Virus record (IMG/VR): IMGVR_UViG_3300029288_000006
Span: 28,275 to 92,274 of that record
Strand: one strand, 5' to 3'
DNA length: 64,000 nt
From: a virus
Lineage: Duplodnaviria > Caudoviricetes
Positions 60,617 to 64,000 of the stretch are shown piece by piece. Every line of letters starts with the position of its first letter. Position 1 is the stretch's first letter. The position numbers and the translations under genes were made by a program. The notes beneath the pieces were generated by a model that saw nothing but the letters and a program-made list of their open reading frames with translations, searched no databases and had not been told where the DNA came from.

Positions 60617-63600
60617 ATGGTCAAAGGTACTGGAAGAGCTACGCAAATTAAAAGAGGTGGGGGTAAAAGTGGATTTTATCAAACTCATTCTGTTACACCA
60701 GAAGGATTAGCACCCTCTTCTCAAATCACACCAGTACCGATTCAGATTGTTGAGGAAACGGAGATAGAACCTGTTATCAATGATAATATCTCCGTTTCAA
60801 ATAATAGTTATGTTGAGAATATAGATCAAAAAAATGATATTAATACTGAAATTATTAGTACAACCGAATCCACATACATAGAAAATATTAAGATAGACAG
60901 TAATATTGGTACAGATATTGCTACGTCCGAATCTACCTATACAGAATTTAATCCACAAGTTTCTAAGATTCCAGATACAATTCCAAATTCTCAAGATAAC
61001 TATATAGAGAACATAAGTAAAGATAGTATATTAGACAATAATGTTGCAACTTCTCCGTCTACCATTATTGAAGTTAATAGTGTTATTCCAACTATAGATA
61101 TAAAGGTTGCTGATTCACCAGATACATATAAAGAGTTAGAAGTTAAAGTATCGAATATACCGAGTGAGATTCCAAAATCTCAAGATAGTTATGTGGAAAA
61201 CATTAGTAATAAGAAAGATATTGATATAGAAGTTTCAACATCAACGGATATTTCCAATGAGTTTGTACCAAACATTTCTAGTATACCAAATGAAATTTCC
61301 AATTCTCAAGATACATATAGGGAATTTATATTAAATAGTTCTAATATACCTAGTGAAATTTCTAATTCTCCCGATACATACAAAGAATTTATACTACAAC
61401 CGTCAAATATTCCGAATGAGATTCCGACTTCTAAAGATAGTTATATAGAAAATATTTATACCAATCACAATATATCACAAGAAGTACAATCTTCACCAGA
61501 TACATATCGCGATTTTATAAATAAATCTATAACTATACCAGCGGAAATTTCCGAGTCTCAGAATAGTTATATCGAATCTATTCGCTCAATACCTCAAATA
61601 TCCCCAGAAGTTGCAACCTCCCAGGATACATATAAAGAATTTATCCCCAACAAGAATTCCATCTTACCATCCCCAGAAGGTATTGTAGTTTCCCAGGAAG
61701 ATTCTTATAAATATAAGCGTCGAGAGTTTGTGTTTTCCAAGGGTAAGTGGATACCATTTAGTAATTTACTTACTATAGATGGAGATAATTTTAGTGTTCT
61801 TAAAAACTTTAGATACCACGATGATGGGTTGGAAGGTGTTGATGGAACAAGTATAGTTAATACCAACGGAACCGGGAAATATATGAAGAGCGGTATACAA
61901 TTACGTACAAACTATACCGAGAAAGATTATATATTAGCACAAATATCTGATTCCTCTGGTGTTAATAGATTAATTATTGAGAATAGAGCAACGGTTCCGG
62001 CTACTGGAGAATTTGATGGATACACACAGATAGTTTTAAGTGTGACATATAATTTATATTTCACAACAGTAAGTGCTGGTGTAACTAAAAGTAATAGTAT
62101 ATCTATACAACAGGGTACATACACCGGTACATCTCTCAAAACTGAATTACAAAGAGTTCTTAATTTAGATGGAGTATTATGTCAGGGTTTACCAGGCGAC
62201 CCGTTTACTGTCACATATTCTGCCAACAAATATACTATAGCATACGCGGGTACATCGGTATCGTTTACCTATTTATTGAGTGACGCAACAATGGCTGGTT
62301 ATTTAGGATTCACCGCAGACGCAGGTCCAGGTGCTACGATCATTAGTGATACTTCTGTTAATTACGAGAACCCACTTTATACTGAGGATACAAGTGCTGC
62401 TGGATTGGCTAGATTCGCGATACTTCCCGCAGGTAATGTTGGGATATGTGATGGTCATGAGAATCTGATTTATGCAGGCGATGAGATACCGGTAGGGGCA
62501 TTTCTGTATGGTACGGAACCTACATTGGCTATTGGGGCATCAGCCAATGATGAAATCCAATTTACAAGCAATCATGGTACAGCTACCATAGATATACCAC
62601 AAGCTACTTATACGGGGATAACGCTTGCAGCAGCGATACAAGTTGCCATAAGAGCTAATGGAACAATAGCACTACCATCGGCAATAGTTGAATTTAGACT
62701 TGGGAAGTTTTATATAGATGCGGGAGAATCTGCGCATACAATATTATTTACCGGAACTGGGGATGGCGCACTTCAACTGGGATTTACAGAAGCGACTACA
62801 GCCGCGAAAACAATGTATGGACAAGCACCGTGGATTAATAGTCCATATTTAAGTGTGTTCAGTGATAACACCAATGCGGTAAATAATAACCTAACAACAT
62901 CAGGTAATACAGTCGCCATAGGTAACGCTTCGGCATATAAATATTTTCTAATAGGCTCCACGAGACCAATACAAGGTATGAGAATAACTACTACAAGTGG
63001 TAATTTTGCAACAGGTACGTTGTCCGGGAAATATTTTGATGGGGAAAAATTAGTTGCATTATCTTCTTTAGTTGTATCCACAAGTGGGTCTGTGGATACC
63101 GTAACATTCACAGACACTTCTACTACCGCGAAACCAATGTTCATAGATGGGTATTATCTGTTTTTCTACCGATTTGAATTGTCTACTGGGGCAGTAACAA
63201 TTTCGAATATAACACTAAAATCAAACATACAAAACATTGTTGATATATGGGATGGTATTTATAGAACGTGTTCTAAATTTACTTATTTTAGATATGAAGA
63301 TTCAAAATATTCTGATTTTGATTTTACACTTGAAGTAGCAAGTGAGTCAATATTAACAACAAGAGAATATGTATATAGTTCATCTTCGGCAGAAACAAAA
63401 ACCGGGATGGTTCCAATAGGTGCTGATGTAGGCGGTTCTGGTTCTGGGCTGAATGAAGCCGATCAGGACTATATTGAAGTCATGTTTGAAGAACCCATGT
63501 GCGCGTTTAAATGGGATTTATATAAAACCGAGCATGGTGGTGACGTGGAGTCCATAACTGTTTATTTTTGGGATGGTACTCAATATGTGAAAGCCCAAAA

Positions 63601-64000
63601 TGTACATGATACACTTAAAAATGATGAAACATATGGAGCTACTACACCAACTTCAAATTATTATATGCTTAAAAGTGGTGGTGTCCAGTTTTTTGGCATA
63701 CCATTATATAACGCAGATGGTACAGCATATACGGGGGTAGAAGTAAAATCAGAAATTAAGGGAATAAGAGGATATAGGTATAAAATTACATGGACATATG
63801 AAGCGGCACAACAGAGATTTTTACATCTTATACTTGATAGATTTACTGGTGTTCCACGGTATAGAACAATTGACAACGCATATGTTTTCCCCATGCAATA
63901 TAGAAATAGAACAATGTTGTGCGGTTGCATAACAGATGATGAACGTAACCGCGTAAACTATTCTGGTAAAAATACTCCTGATGTTTATAACGGTACTGAT
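60617..64000 (+). CDS. large virion protein (nozzle / tail tubular B-like) with N-terminal 21-aa repeats; runs off window
   Basis: Translated manually from ATG 60617 (MVKGTGRATQ..) through the repeats to F..GKW.P..I...NF..L.N.RY. Continuity to the window edge is inferred from its absence from the ORF track. It follows the adaptor genes. Confidence 0.75.
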   Translation, partial: MVKGTGRATQIKRGGGKSGFYQTHSVTPEGLAPSSQITPVPIQIVEETEIEPVINDNISVSNNSYVENIDQKNDINTEIISTTESTYIENIKIDSNIGTDIATSESTYTEFNPQVSKIPDTIPNSQDNYIENISKDSILDNNVATSPSTIIEVNSVIPTIDIKVADSPDTYKELEVKVSNIPSEIPKSQDSYVENISNKKDIDIEVSTSTDISNEFVPNISSIPNEISNSQDTYREFILNSSNIPSEISNSPDTYKEFILQPSNIPNEIPTSKDSYIENIYTNHNISQEVQSSPDTYRDFINKSITIPAEISESQNSYIESIRSIPQISPEVATSQDTYKEFIPNKNSILPSPEGIVVSQEDSYKYKRREFVFSKGKWIPFSNLLTIDGDNFSVLKNFRYHDDGLEGVDGTSIVNTNGTGKYMKSGIQLRTNYTEKDYILAQISDSSGVNRLIIENRATVPATGEFDGYTQIVLSVTYNLYFTTVSAGVTKSNSISIQQGTYTGTSLKTELQRVLNLDGVLCQGLPGDPFTVTYSANKYTIAYAGTSVSFTYLLSDATMAGYLGFTADAGPGATIISDTSVNYENPLYTEDTSAAGLARFAILPAGNVGICDGHENLIYAGDEIPVGAFLYGTEPTLAIGASANDEIQFTSNHGTATIDIPQATYTGITLAAAIQVAIRANGTIALPSAIVEFRLGKFYIDAGESAHTILFTGTGDGALQLGFTEATTAAKTMYGQAPWINSPYLSVFSDNTNAVNNNLTTSGNTVAIGNASAYKYFLIGSTRPIQGMRITTTSGNFATGTLSGKYFDGEKLVALSSLVVSTSGSVDTVTFTDTSTTAKPMFIDGYYLFFYRFELSTGAVTISNITLKSNIQNIVDIWDGIYRTCSKFTYFRYEDSKYSDFDFTLEVASESILTTREYVYSSSSAETKTGMVPIGADVGGSGSGLNEADQDYIEVMFEEPMCAFKWDLYKTEHGGDVESITVYFWDGTQYVKAQNVHDTLKNDETYGATTPTSNYYMLKSGGVQFFGIPLYNADGTAYTGVEVKSEIKGIRGYRYKITWTYEAAQQRFLHLILDRFTGVPRYRTIDNAYVFPMQYRNRTMLCGCITDDERNRVNYSGKNTPDVYNGTD
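60776..61665 (+). repeat. about 14 degenerate 21-codon repeats (IPxEIxxSxDxYxEFIxxxxx)
   Basis: Examples: IPNEISNSQDTYREFILNSSN, IPSEISNSPDTYKEFILQPSN, ISPEVATSQDTYKEFIPNKNS. Confidence 0.85.

Noticed and set aside
1-64000. Alternative genetic code (TGA or TAG reassignment)
   Set aside because: Long genes are intact in code 11, TGA and TAG end genes at natural positions (e.g. nrdJ ends YSKCQ-TGA), and no suppressor tRNA was seen. Only one suspicious TGA was found (21568).

Overview
This window is a 64-kb piece of an AT-rich tailed dsDNA phage genome (Caudoviricetes). Gene order is podovirus-like: terminase, portal, scaffold, major capsid, decoration proteins, three adaptor-like genes, then a large nozzle-like gene; no tail tube, sheath, tape measure or integrase is visible in the window. 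(i) About 1-29 kb is a long leftward region behind a perfect TTGACA-17-TATAAT promoter. It encodes recombination/repair genes (DinG-type helicase, ERCC4 nuclease, Sak4-like ATPase, SSB-like protein, PD-(D/E)XK nuclease), an RNA ligase, a vWA protein, a class-II glutamine amidotransferase with two COOH-NH2 ligases, MazG, tRNA-Glu and many small ORFs. (ii) About 29.3-33.6 kb is a small rightward island with ARG-box-like operators and strong compositional skew. (iii) About 33.6-40.4 kb is leftward (GT-C membrane glycosyltransferase, HNH, Mom-like GNAT, DNA-binding proteins). (iv) 41.5-64 kb is rightward (intein-containing class II RNR, nucleotide enzymes, morphogenesis). The most notable unexplained elements are: a closely packed tandem array of eight diverged ~100-aa paralogs (15790-18203); two adjacent non-canonical tRNA-shaped RNAs (24841-25044); phased ARG-box-like sites; an HExxE zincin-like family; triplicated adaptor-like genes; and about 14 x 21-aa repeats fused to the nozzle-like protein. 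All family assignments come from motif recognition by eye; no searches were run.
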